A DNA stretch of 64,000 nucleotides from Desulfovibrionaceae bacterium. Its GTDB lineage: Bacteria > Desulfobacterota > Desulfovibrionia > Desulfovibrionales > Desulfovibrionaceae. The stretch spans positions 23,284 through 87,283 of the forward strand of contig JAVBOK010000018.1 in the NCBI GenBank assembly GCA_031550605.1, written 5' to 3'. Below are positions 55,286-64,000 of the stretch, one piece after another (the first letter of the stretch is position 1; every line of letters begins with the position of its first letter). A program made the position numbers and the translations under genes. The notes below the pieces were generated by a model. The model saw only the letters and a program-made list of their open reading frames with translations. It had not been told where the DNA came from and ran no database searches.

Positions 55286-57553
55286 ATGCAGCAACGCCGA
55301 AAACCCGCCCCCCCCCAGCAGCAGCCCCTTCTGGATCCGCCCAGGGAGCTGAAAGGCTCGCTTGACCGCGTGGTGTTCCACAACCCGGACAACGGCTACA
55401 CCGTGTTGCGCCTGAAGCTGTCGGGAAAAACCGATCTGGCCACCGTGGTCGGGCACATGGCCGACCCCCGTCCCGGCGAGGCATTGCTGATCAAAGGCCG
55501 CTGGGCCAGCCACCCCAAATTCGGCGACCAGTTCCAGATGGAATCCTACGAATGCCTGCTGCCCGCCGGGGCCGAGGGCATCCGCCATTACCTGGGGTCC
55601 GGGCTGATCAAGGGCGTGCGCTATTCCATGGCCGGCCGCATCGTGGACATGTTCGGCGAAGCCACCTTTACCGTGCTGGACGAAGAACCGGACCGGCTGC
55701 TCGCCGTGCCGGGCATCGGGATCAAACTGCTGGATTCCATCAGAGCCGCCTGGGCAGAACACAGGGGCATCCGCGACCTGATCATGTTTCTGCAGCCCCA
55801 CGGGGTTTCCACGGCCTATGCGGTGCGCATCTTCCGCCAGTACGGGGCGGAAGCGGTTTCCGTCGTGCGCGAAAACCCCTACCGCCTGGCCATGGACATC
55901 CACGGCATCGGTTTTCTGACCGCCGACGCCGTGGCCATGAAGCTGGGGTTCGCGCCGGATTCCGAACTGCGGGCGGAAGCGGGCCTGCTCTATACCCTGA
56001 CCCGCCTGGCGGACGAAGGGCACGTGTATTATCCCAAGGAAGCCCTGATCCAGGCCACGGCCGAATCCCTGGCCATCGAACCCGCCCTGGCGGAGCGCGC
56101 CCTGGCCGTTCTGGAAAGGGAAGAACGCGTGGTGCTGGAAGAGTTGCACGGCAACCCCGGCGCCAGACCCGCCGACATCGACGACGGGGACGACAGGGTC
56201 GCCGGCCACACCGGCGTGTACCTCAGCCGTTTTCATCATTACGAGGCGGGCATCGCGCATTATCTGCGCCGCGTCCTGCGCTCTCCCAAGGCCGTGCGTT
56301 TTGAAGACCCGGGCGAGGCCGTCGCGAAAACCCTGGCCGGCCTGGACATCACCCTGGCCCCGGAACAGGTTGACGCCGTGGCCACGGCCGTGGCCCAAAA
56401 AGTCCTGGTCATCACCGGCGGACCAGGCACGGGCAAAACCACGGTCATCAACGCGGTGATCCGGACCTTCCTGGGGCAGAAGGCCCGCATTCTGCTGGCC
56501 GCGCCGACGGGCAGGGCAGCCAAACGCCTGTCCGAAACCAGCGGGCAGGAAGCCAGAACCATCCACCGTCTGCTGGAATACAGCCCCCGCGAGGACGGTT
56601 TCGCCAGAAACGAGGACAACCCCCTGGCCTGTACCCTGCTGGTGGTGGACGAAGCGTCCATGATGGACACCATGCTCATGTACCATCTGATGAAAGCCGT
56701 GCCCCTGGGGGCCACGGTGATCTTCGTGGGGGACGTGAACCAGCTGCCCTCCGTGGGGCCGGGCAACGTGCTGCGCGACATCATCGCCTCGGAAGCCGTG
56801 CCCGTGGTGGAACTGACCGAAATTTTCCGCCAGGCGGCGGAAAGCGAAATCATCACCAACGCCCACCGCATCAACCACGGCGAAGCGCCCAATCTGGCCC
56901 CGCCCTCGGGCCGGCTGTCCGATTTTTATTTCATCCGCCAGGACGATCCGGAAAAAATCGCGGATTTCATTGTGGAACTGGTGCGCGACCACATCCCCCG
57001 CCGTTTCGGCCTGCACCCCGTGGACGACATCCAGGTGCTTACCCCCATGCACAAGGGCTCCGCCGGGGCCGCCAATCTCAACGTCAAGCTCCAGGCCGCC
57101 CTGAATCCCGAGACCGCCGGCCTGCAGCGCGGGGAACGCCGGTACCGCCTGGGCGACAAAATCATGCAGATCCGCAACAATTACGACAAGGACGTGTTCA
57201 ACGGCGACATCGGCCGCATCGTCCACGTGGACACGGAAGACCGCGAAATCACCGCGCGCTTTGACGACCGCAACGTCATCTACGCCTCGGACGAATTGGA
57301 CGAAATCGTGCCCGCCTACGCCATATCCGTGCACAAATCGCAGGGCTCCGAATACCCGGCCGTGGTTCTGCCCATCCTGACCCAGCATTACGTGCTGCTG
57401 CAGCGCAACCTTTTGTACACCGGCGTCACCCGCGGCCGCCGCCTGGTGGTGCTGGTCGGGGCCCCCAAAGCCGTGCACATGGCCGTGGCCAACAACAAAA
57501 TGCAAAAACGCCACACCTGGCTGGCCCACCGGCTGGCTTTGGGAATGGGCTAG
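55286..57553 (+). CDS. recD2: SF1B ATP-dependent RecD2-like DNA helicase
   Basis: Start chosen at ATG 55286 (MQQRRKP...). An N-terminal OB/HhH region is followed by Walker A ITGGPGTGKTT, LLVVDEASMMD, VGDVNQLPSVGPG and SVHKSQGSEYP. The upstream 343 codons of ORF 54257..57553 overlap other genes and are not used. Confidence 0.88.
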   Translation: MQQRRKPAPPQQQPLLDPPRELKGSLDRVVFHNPDNGYTVLRLKLSGKTDLATVVGHMADPRPGEALLIKGRWASHPKFGDQFQMESYECLLPAGAEGIRHYLGSGLIKGVRYSMAGRIVDMFGEATFTVLDEEPDRLLAVPGIGIKLLDSIRAAWAEHRGIRDLIMFLQPHGVSTAYAVRIFRQYGAEAVSVVRENPYRLAMDIHGIGFLTADAVAMKLGFAPDSELRAEAGLLYTLTRLADEGHVYYPKEALIQATAESLAIEPALAERALAVLEREERVVLEELHGNPGARPADIDDGDDRVAGHTGVYLSRFHHYEAGIAHYLRRVLRSPKAVRFEDPGEAVAKTLAGLDITLAPEQVDAVATAVAQKVLVITGGPGTGKTTVINAVIRTFLGQKARILLAAPTGRAAKRLSETSGQEARTIHRLLEYSPREDGFARNEDNPLACTLLVVDEASMMDTMLMYHLMKAVPLGATVIFVGDVNQLPSVGPGNVLRDIIASEAVPVVELTEIFRQAAESEIITNAHRINHGEAPNLAPPSGRLSDFYFIRQDDPEKIADFIVELVRDHIPRRFGLHPVDDIQVLTPMHKGSAGAANLNVKLQAALNPETAGLQRGERRYRLGDKIMQIRNNYDKDVFNGDIGRIVHVDTEDREITARFDDRNVIYASDELDEIVPAYAISVHKSQGSEYPAVVLPILTQHYVLLQRNLLYTGVTRGRRLVVLVGAPKAVHMAVANNKMQKRHTWLAHRLALGMG

Positions 57554-57726
57554 TGTCGCGTTCACGAAATAAATTTGATGTATTTTACCTGACCCAAGCG
57601 ACACTGGGAGCGCCGGGCGCCAGCCAGGAGCGCCGCCGAAGGCGGCGTGAGTGAGCCGAAAACCACGTTTTTCGGCGAACGATCTTTCACGAAATAGCTA
57701 CAGCTATTTCGTGAACATCACACTAG
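57550..57726. mobile_element. MITE-like / structured AT-rich element with terminal inverted repeats
   Basis: The left end TAGTGTCGCGTTCACGAAATA (57551..57571) and the reverse complement of the right end TAGTGTGATGTTCACGAAATA (57705..57725) match at 18 of 21 positions. An internal perfect palindrome TTCACGAAATAGCT-ac-AGCTATTTCGTGAA lies at 57686..57715. Further hairpins are CGCCGCC-gaa-GGCGGCG and GCCGAAAA-ccacgt-TTTTCGGC. Confidence 0.45.
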
Positions 57727-57809
57727 AAAGGCAGGCGAAGGAGGGGGACCCTTTTTGCAGAAAGCCCCCCGCGCCTTCCCATCACCGAAAACCTCTGACA
57801 GGGTGAAGC

Positions 57810-59336
57810 ATGGTCATAAAAACAACTCGAGTGCACGCTGCCGCGGATCCGGGAAATCCGACCCTCCGACGGAAGCCCGGATGGCGGCGCCCTCCGGCGG
57901 CCGCGGCCATGATCCTCTTCCTGCTGCTGGCTCTGTCGGGCTGCGTGACGCGGTATACGGGGCCGGACCTCACGGACCCGGCGGCCACCGACGCCGTGGT
58001 CTGCGCGGATCTGGTCGCTTTGCCCCAGGACCTGCGGCCGTACGCCGACAAGGCCGGGCCGGGGCGTCTGCTGCTCGATCCGGATGCGCAAAGGGCCGAG
58101 GACGCGCGCTTCAACACGCGTTTTTTCGCCCCCTGGAAGCTGACCCGCCCCAGCGTGACGGCCGATGCCCTGTTCGAGGCCACAAAGCATGATCCGGCCA
58201 CGATGTACACGTCGAACCTGCGCCCCCTCTCGCCGGAGCGATGGCGGGAACTGGTCGCGAACTGCAATCGCGAAGGGTATGCCGGCCGGTCCGGCGCGGT
58301 GCGCCCTGCCATTACCGTGGCCAACGTCAATTTGCGGCGCATGCCCACCGACCTGCCGTATTTCGACTATCCCCGCAAAGGCGGCGAAGGGTTTCCCTTT
58401 GACTATTTTCAGGTTTCCTCGCTGCACCTGGGCTGGCCGGTGGCCATCATCCACGCATCCCGCGACGGGGCCTGGGTCTATGTGGAAAACCGGCTTTTTT
58501 CCGGCTGGGCGCCGGCGGAAAGCGTGGCCGTGGTTGACGCGGACTTCATGAAGTTCTGGCAGAGCGCGCCTCTGGCGGCCATCCTCAGGGACAGGACGCA
58601 GCTGCAGCCGGACCGCGCCGCGCCGGATGCGGCAACCGGCCGCCCCCTGCCCGCGACGGCCAATATCGGCGCGGTGTTCCCCCGCGCGACAGCGGCATGG
58701 GGGGCCGGGCCGGACGGCGGATGCACCGTGATGTACCCGGCGCGGGCCGCGAACGGCATGGCGATCATACGCAGCGCGCATCTGCCGCCCGGCCAGGCCG
58801 CGCCCAAACCTCTGGCGCTGACGCCGGGGACCATCGCCGCCGTCGGCAACGCCATGATGGGGCAGCCCTACGGCTGGGGCGGGCTGTTCGGCGACCGCGA
58901 CTGCTCGGCCATGACCAAGGATTTGTTCACGCCCTTCGGCATCTGGCTGCCGCGCAATTCCATCAACCAGAACCGCATGGGGCGTCCGGTCACGGTCACC
59001 GGGCTGGCGCCGGACGAAAAAGAACGGCGCATCATGGCCGAGGGGGTCCCCTTCTTCTCTCTGGTGACCATGAAGGGGCACGTGGGCCTGTATCTGGGCC
59101 CCTGGCAGGTGCGGGGCAAAGAGGTTCCGGTGATGTTCCACAACGTCTGGGGCGTGCGGGTCACGGACCCCCTGCGGCTGAACGCCGACGGCACCCACCC
59201 CGCGGGCCGCGCGATCATCGGCAAGGCCGTGGTCACGACCCTGCGGCCCGGCGCGGAACATTCGCTGCGTACCAGCCCGGCCAGCATTCTGGACCGCATC
59301 GACGGCCTGAGCATCCTGCCGGAACAGACGAAGTAG
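57810..59336 (+). CDS. NlpC/P60 (C40) family cell-wall peptidase lipoprotein with SH3-like domains
   Basis: The lipobox is LLLALSGC. The catalytic region is GQPYGWGGLFGDRDCSAMTKDLF...GHVGLY. ATG 57909 is an alternative start. Confidence 0.78.
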   Translation: MVIKTTRVHAAADPGNPTLRRKPGWRRPPAAAAMILFLLLALSGCVTRYTGPDLTDPAATDAVVCADLVALPQDLRPYADKAGPGRLLLDPDAQRAEDARFNTRFFAPWKLTRPSVTADALFEATKHDPATMYTSNLRPLSPERWRELVANCNREGYAGRSGAVRPAITVANVNLRRMPTDLPYFDYPRKGGEGFPFDYFQVSSLHLGWPVAIIHASRDGAWVYVENRLFSGWAPAESVAVVDADFMKFWQSAPLAAILRDRTQLQPDRAAPDAATGRPLPATANIGAVFPRATAAWGAGPDGGCTVMYPARAANGMAIIRSAHLPPGQAAPKPLALTPGTIAAVGNAMMGQPYGWGGLFGDRDCSAMTKDLFTPFGIWLPRNSINQNRMGRPVTVTGLAPDEKERRIMAEGVPFFSLVTMKGHVGLYLGPWQVRGKEVPVMFHNVWGVRVTDPLRLNADGTHPAGRAIIGKAVVTTLRPGAEHSLRTSPASILDRIDGLSILPEQTK

Positions 59337-59557
59337 GCGCGATTGCGGCGCAAGGGGGGCTTTCGCCATGCCCGGCGGGATGTTGCCGGGTCCGGGCCGC
59401 CGGCCGCGGGCGCGGGCACGGCAGAGGGCGGAGAACAGGGCGGCGCGGCCGCGCCCCTTTGCGGACGAAGGGTGATTTCAGACCGGAACGGCTGCTTTTT
59501 TCCGCCGCAGGCAAGAGCATTGCCAAGAGGCCGCCGGTGGTATACAGGCACCCGAAC

Positions 59558-60961
59558 ATGGCCCGCACACTGTTCGCGCCCGGCGCGCGGTTCACGCTTG
59601 TAACCCTTGGCTGCAAGGTCAACCAGTATGAAAGCCACGCCCTGCGCGAGGCCTGGCTGGCCCGCGGCCTTGTCGAAGCATCCCGCATTGCGGATGCGGA
59701 TTTCGTGTGCGTCAATTCCTGCGCGGTCACGGCCAGGGCCGTGGCCGACGTGCGCGCGGCGGTGCGCCGCGCCGGCCGGGACGCGCCGCGCGCCGCCGTC
59801 ATCCTGACCGGCTGCGCCGCCCGGCTGCTGCGCGACGAGTTGGCCGACCTGCCCGCCGGCACCGTTGTCATCCCTCAAGCAAGCAAGGCCGACCTGCTGT
59901 CTCTGAACCTCCTTTCCCATCGCGCGGGCCGGGGGACCGATCCCCACGGCGTAGAGTCCCCGGAGGCAGCGCCCCCCGGGCCGCCGGAACCATCCCCCCC
60001 CTGCTATCCCCCTTTCGCCGTTGCCGGCTACGACCGCTCGCGCGCGCTGGTCAAGGTGCAGGAAGGCTGTTCCCACCGCTGCACCTACTGCATCGTGCCC
60101 CTGACCCGGGGCCCCTCGCGCAGCCGCCCGTTGCGGGACACCCTGGCCGAGGTCCGGCGGCTGCTGGATGCGGGTTTTCGCGAAATCACGCTTTCGGGCA
60201 TCAATCTGGCCCAGTATGGCCGGGACTCCGCGCCGCCCCATGATTTCTGGGATCTGACGGCGCATCTGGACGCGGCGCTGGCCCCGGAATGGGCGGGCCG
60301 CGCGCGGCTGCGCCTGAGCTCTCTGGAGCCGGGCCAGCTCGGCCCCAAGGCGCTGGACACCCTGGCGAAAGCGGCGCTTGTCGCCCCGCACATCCACCTG
60401 TCGCTGCAAAGCGGCAGCTCTTCCGTGCTGCGGCGCATGGGCCGGGGGCATTACGATCCGGCCGCGCTGCCGGATTTTTGCGCGGCGCTTGCCCGCATCT
60501 GGCCGCGTTTCGGACTGGGCGCGGACATCCTGAGCGGGTTCCCCGGCGAAACGGACGCGGAAGCGCTGGAAACGGAAACCCTGGTCAAAGCCCTGCCGTT
60601 CACCTATGCCCACGTCTTTCCGTATTCGCCCCGGCCGGGGACGCCCGCCGCGTCCTGGCCCGGACAGGCGGATGCGCGGGTGAAGAAAACCCGGTCCGCC
60701 CGCCTGCGCCGCCTGCTGGCCGGGAAAAAAGAGGCTTTTTTGCGCGGCTGCCTCAGTCTGCCCCGGGTATTCGTGGCCTGCGAAGGGTCCGCAAACCCGG
60801 ACGGAGAAAGCATGGCGGATGCGGGCGGAGTCAATGAATTTTACAGCGACTGCCTGTTCGCCCCTTCCGCCCGGCCAGCGCCGGAACTGCGGCGTTCCCT
60901 GGTCCCGGCCAGACCCGCGGGCGTGGACAAAGGAAGGCTTCTCGTAACCTATATCGCATAG
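59558..60961 (+). CDS. mtaB: radical SAM methylthiotransferase, MtaB-like (tRNA ms2t6A)
   Basis: An N-terminal UPF0004 domain with TLGCKVNQYES is followed by the radical SAM motif GCSHRCTYCIVP. Assignment to MtaB rather than MiaB/RimO is tentative. Confidence 0.7.
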   Translation: MARTLFAPGARFTLVTLGCKVNQYESHALREAWLARGLVEASRIADADFVCVNSCAVTARAVADVRAAVRRAGRDAPRAAVILTGCAARLLRDELADLPAGTVVIPQASKADLLSLNLLSHRAGRGTDPHGVESPEAAPPGPPEPSPPCYPPFAVAGYDRSRALVKVQEGCSHRCTYCIVPLTRGPSRSRPLRDTLAEVRRLLDAGFREITLSGINLAQYGRDSAPPHDFWDLTAHLDAALAPEWAGRARLRLSSLEPGQLGPKALDTLAKAALVAPHIHLSLQSGSSSVLRRMGRGHYDPAALPDFCAALARIWPRFGLGADILSGFPGETDAEALETETLVKALPFTYAHVFPYSPRPGTPAASWPGQADARVKKTRSARLRRLLAGKKEAFLRGCLSLPRVFVACEGSANPDGESMADAGGVNEFYSDCLFAPSARPAPELRRSLVPARPAGVDKGRLLVTYIA

Positions 60962-61071
60962 GCGGGATTCACTTTTCCCCGCTATGGCGCTAGTGTCTTG
61001 TTGCAAAAATTCCGCTTCCCGTTTTGTGAGGAATGCCTGCTCCAGGATTGCCCATATCCCGAGGATACCCC

Positions 61072-62862
61072 ATGCTGCAGCGCATACAGCCGTTCGTTGT
61101 CCGCTACACGAACATCATCGCCACGGTGACCGGCATCGACATTGAAGTCGTTGACGCGAGTCTGATCCGCGTGGCGGGCACGGGCATATACGAGCAGGGG
61201 GTGGGCAAAAGCCTCGAGGAAGCGGGCCAGGTGTACCGCCACGCCCTGAACAGCCGCGAAACCGTGTACATCGAGACGCCCAAGGCCCATCCCATCTGCC
61301 AGGGATGCCCCACCCGCGGCGACTGCCGTGAAACCCTGTGCCTGTGCACGCCCATTGTTTCGGGCAAACAGATTTTGGGCATTATCGGCATGGTCTGCTT
61401 TACCGTGCACGAGCGGGTGCGGGTGATGGTGCAAAAACGCGTGTTCATCGATTTTGTCGAGCAAATGGCCGAGGGCATCGCCCGGGAAGCCCAAAGCCAG
61501 ATGCAGCAGGAACGCACGGACAATCTGCTGAGCACGTTGCTGCAGATCGTGGATACCAACAGCCGGGGCATCCTGATCCTGAACGCCGAAGGCGGCATCG
61601 CCTACTGCAACGACACCGCGCGGCAGGAACTGGGCCTGGAGAAGAACGGCTCCCCGCAGGATGTCACCGTGAAAAAGACCGGGGACACTCTGTCGGACAT
61701 GGATGAATTCGAGGTCCGCATCGGCGGGCGGACCATCCTGATCGTGGGGCAGCTTTCGCCTCTGGCTTCCGAGGATCCGGCCTACACCTCGGTGCTGGTT
61801 TTCGATTCGCTTCCCAGCCTGACCGAACGCCTTTCCGCCATGACCGCCGCCACGAAAAGCACGGGGGGCCTGTCCGCCATTCTGGGCGACAGCCGGCCCC
61901 TGCGCATGTTGGCCAAAAAAGTGCGCCAGATCGCCCGCACCCCCTCCACCGTGCTGATTACCGGAGAATCCGGCACCGGCAAGGAACTGTTCGCCCGGGC
62001 CATCCACGCGGAAAGCGACCGGGCCGACAAGCCCTTTATCGCCGTCAACTGCGGGGCCATACCGGATGCGCTGCTGGAAAGCGAACTGTTCGGCTATGTG
62101 CGCGGGGCCTTCACCGGCGCCAACCCTTCCGGCCGGATCGGCAAGTTCGAACTGGCCCACAGCGGGGTCATCTTTCTGGACGAAATCGGGGCCATGCCCC
62201 TGTATCTGCAGGTCAAACTGCTGCGGGTGCTGCAGGAACGCTGCATCATCCGGCTGGGATCCAACCGCCGGGTGGATATTGACGTGCGGGTCATCGCGGC
62301 CACCAACGAGGATCTGCCGGAACTGATCCGCCAGAACATGTTCCGCGACGACCTGTATTACCGCCTGAACGTCATCCCCCTGGAGATCCCCCCTCTGCGC
62401 GAGCGGCAGGAAGATATCCCCATTCTGGCCCGGTACTTTCTGGACAAATACTGCAACCGCTTCGGCAAGCCCGCGGGCCGCCTGCCGGAAAGCGTGCTGG
62501 ATCTTTTCGCCGCGTATCCCTGGCCGGGCAACGTGCGCGAGTTCGAAAACGTGATGGAATATCTTGCCAACATCATGCCCGGCGGCGGCACGGTCACCCT
62601 GTCTTTGCTGCCGCCCAAAATCCGCCAGACGGGGGAACGGGCCAGGGCCGCCGCCGCGCCCCCCGCCCCCGCCGCCGAAACGGCGGCGCCGGGCGGACCG
62701 GACACGCCGCCCATCCTGCCCCTGGCCATGGTGGAGCAAAACGCCATCCGCGCAGCCCTGGCCCGCTACGGCACCGACACCCGGGGCAAACAGGAAGCCG
62801 CCAACGCCCTGGGCATCGGTATTGCCACCCTGTACCGGAAAGTGAAAACCCCCCCGCCATGA
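61072..62862 (+). CDS. sigma-54-dependent transcriptional activator (YgeV-like enhancer-binding protein)
   Basis: ATG 61072 has GAGGA upstream. The AAA+ core has VLITGESGTGKELFARAIH, GAFTGA and ESELFGY. A C-terminal Fis-type HTH (AANALGIGIATLYRK) follows. The N-terminal sensor region contains a Cys cluster. Confidence 0.85.
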   Translation: MLQRIQPFVVRYTNIIATVTGIDIEVVDASLIRVAGTGIYEQGVGKSLEEAGQVYRHALNSRETVYIETPKAHPICQGCPTRGDCRETLCLCTPIVSGKQILGIIGMVCFTVHERVRVMVQKRVFIDFVEQMAEGIAREAQSQMQQERTDNLLSTLLQIVDTNSRGILILNAEGGIAYCNDTARQELGLEKNGSPQDVTVKKTGDTLSDMDEFEVRIGGRTILIVGQLSPLASEDPAYTSVLVFDSLPSLTERLSAMTAATKSTGGLSAILGDSRPLRMLAKKVRQIARTPSTVLITGESGTGKELFARAIHAESDRADKPFIAVNCGAIPDALLESELFGYVRGAFTGANPSGRIGKFELAHSGVIFLDEIGAMPLYLQVKLLRVLQERCIIRLGSNRRVDIDVRVIAATNEDLPELIRQNMFRDDLYYRLNVIPLEIPPLRERQEDIPILARYFLDKYCNRFGKPAGRLPESVLDLFAAYPWPGNVREFENVMEYLANIMPGGGTVTLSLLPPKIRQTGERARAAAAPPAPAAETAAPGGPDTPPILPLAMVEQNAIRAALARYGTDTRGKQEAANALGIGIATLYRKVKTPPP

Positions 62863-62970
62863 GCACGCCCGTCCTTGTCCCATAGCCGCCCGGAGCCGGG
62901 TGCGCTCCGCGCTGCCTGTCATTCCCGCTCATTCTCTTTTTGATAAATACTCCCGCCACATTTTTCTCAC

Positions 62971-62988
62971 TTTGATAATTTTATCAAA
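62971..62988. promoter_or_regulatory. candidate upstream activator site (inverted repeat)
   Basis: TTTGATAA-tt-TTATCAAA lies about 100 bp upstream of the sigma-54 promoter. A further TTTGATAA half-site is at 62939..62946. Confidence 0.4.
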
Positions 62989-63071
62989 ACGAGAATCCCC
63001 CGCGCCCTTCCCGTAGCGGGCATTCCGCTCATAACAAAGGAATATTCCTTGCCTTTCCGGAAAAATGATCT

Positions 63072-63087
63072 TGGCCCCGATCTTGCT
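63072..63087 (+). promoter_or_regulatory. sigma-54 (-24/-12) promoter
   Basis: TGGCCCCGATCTTGCT has GG and GC separated by exactly 10 nt. It lies 50 nt upstream of the dpaL GTG. Confidence 0.65.
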
Positions 63088-63137
63088 ATTTCCCCTCAAA
63101 GCCGGGCACCCTGCCCGGCCAACGACGAGGAGGTTCT

Positions 63138-64000
63138 GTGAACAGTATCCGTTTCTTCCATAACACCGACAAGCGCGCGGCAGGACACGGCGCTTCGCTC
63201 GCCGATTTCAGCGACGATGCGGCCCGCCGCGTCCGTGATTTCCACCGCAGTTTCCCCGAATACGCCGAAACCCCGCTGACCGGGCTGCCCGGCCTGGCCG
63301 GGGCCCTTGGTGTCGGGTCGATTTTCGTCAAGGACGAATCCAAGCGCTTCGGCCTGAACGCCTTCAAGGTACTGGGCGGCGCATACGCCATCGGCCATCT
63401 GCTGGCGGACAAACTGGGCCGGCCCCTTGAAAGCGCGGGCCGCGACGTGCTGCGCGCTTCCGAAACGAAACGGCAGTTGGGCTCCATCACCTTTGCCACG
63501 GCCACCGACGGCAACCACGGCCGGGGGGTCGCCTGGACCGCCCGGCAATTGGGATTCGGCGCTGCCGTTTATATGCCCCGGGGCGCCGCGCAGACGCGGG
63601 TGGACAACATTCTGGCCACGGGCGCTTCCTGCACGGTGACGGATCTCAATTACGACGACGCGGTGCGCCTGGCCAACGCCAACGCCGAAAAAAACGGCTG
63701 GATCATGGTTCAGGACACGGCCTGGGAAGGATATGAGGATATCCCCCGCTGGATCATGCAGGGCTATATGACGCTGGCCGTGGAAGCGCTGGAGCAGCTG
63801 CGCGGCCAGGGGATCAACGCCCCCACGCACCTGTTCCTGCAGGCCGGCGTCGGGTCTTTCGCCGGCGCGGTTCTGGGATATTTCGCCTCCGCCCTGGGCG
63901 ATGCGATGCCCCTGACCACCATCGTGGAACCGCACAAAGCCAACTGCATCCATACGTCCATGACCGCGCGGGACGGCAGGCCCCACAACGTCACCGGCGA
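63138..64000 (+). CDS. dpaL: diaminopropionate ammonia-lyase (PLP-dependent), 3'-truncated by the window end
   Basis: Not in the ORF track because there is no stop in the window. GTG 63138 has GAGGAGG upstream. My translation reads VNSIRFFHNTDKR...IFVKDESKRFGLNAFKVLGGAYAIGHLL...ATATDGNHGRGVAW, with the PLP lysine in NAFKVLGG. Confidence 0.8.
   Translation, partial: MNSIRFFHNTDKRAAGHGASLADFSDDAARRVRDFHRSFPEYAETPLTGLPGLAGALGVGSIFVKDESKRFGLNAFKVLGGAYAIGHLLADKLGRPLESAGRDVLRASETKRQLGSITFATATDGNHGRGVAWTARQLGFGAAVYMPRGAAQTRVDNILATGASCTVTDLNYDDAVRLANANAEKNGWIMVQDTAWEGYEDIPRWIMQGYMTLAVEALEQLRGQGINAPTHLFLQAGVGSFAGAVLGYFASALGDAMPLTTIVEPHKANCIHTSMTARDGRPHNVTG

Overview
This is a high-GC chromosomal segment (about two-thirds G+C by eye). 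Its gene content points to a sulfate-reducing Desulfovibrionaceae-type deltaproteobacterium; that assignment is inference from the genes, not a database hit. I support about 50 protein-coding genes. Starts were re-derived from the ORF track using in-frame ATG/GTG codons plus Shine-Dalgarno sequences. The main blocks are as follows. (1) A tandem porin pair. (2) A complete haem-copper oxidase operon, in the order cytochrome c553, SCO, CoxI, CoxIII, CoxIV, CoxII-cyt c, CtaB, then a small membrane protein. (3) A 2-oxoacid:ferredoxin oxidoreductase korAB. (4) A periplasmic selenocysteine formate dehydrogenase fdhAB with divergent fdhE-fdhD. (5) cheV and trxB. (6) Two RCK-gated CPA2 antiporters. (7) The dnaX-ybaB-recR cluster. 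(8) bfr, mltA, recD2 and mtaB. (9) A YgeV-like sigma-54 activator followed by a sigma-54 promoter and a 3'-truncated dpaL. I saw no rRNA, tRNA, CRISPR array, transposase, integrase or recognisable defence system. The least ordinary signals are non-genic. One is a multi-copy family of structured intergenic repeats (three-hairpin units, sometimes in about 300 bp composites) lying mostly at gene 3' ends. A second is a repeat family whose unit is bracketed by a perfect 26-bp direct repeat. A third is an AT-rich 177-bp element with terminal inverted repeats. There are also clean sigma-28 and sigma-54 promoters. Smaller oddities are a mini-paralogue of the porin, a secreted lysine-rich peptide, a cysteine cluster in the sigma-54 activator sensor domain and a transporter gene remnant. 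I found no convincing novel multi-gene system. All product calls rest on motifs read by eye and need homology searches to confirm.
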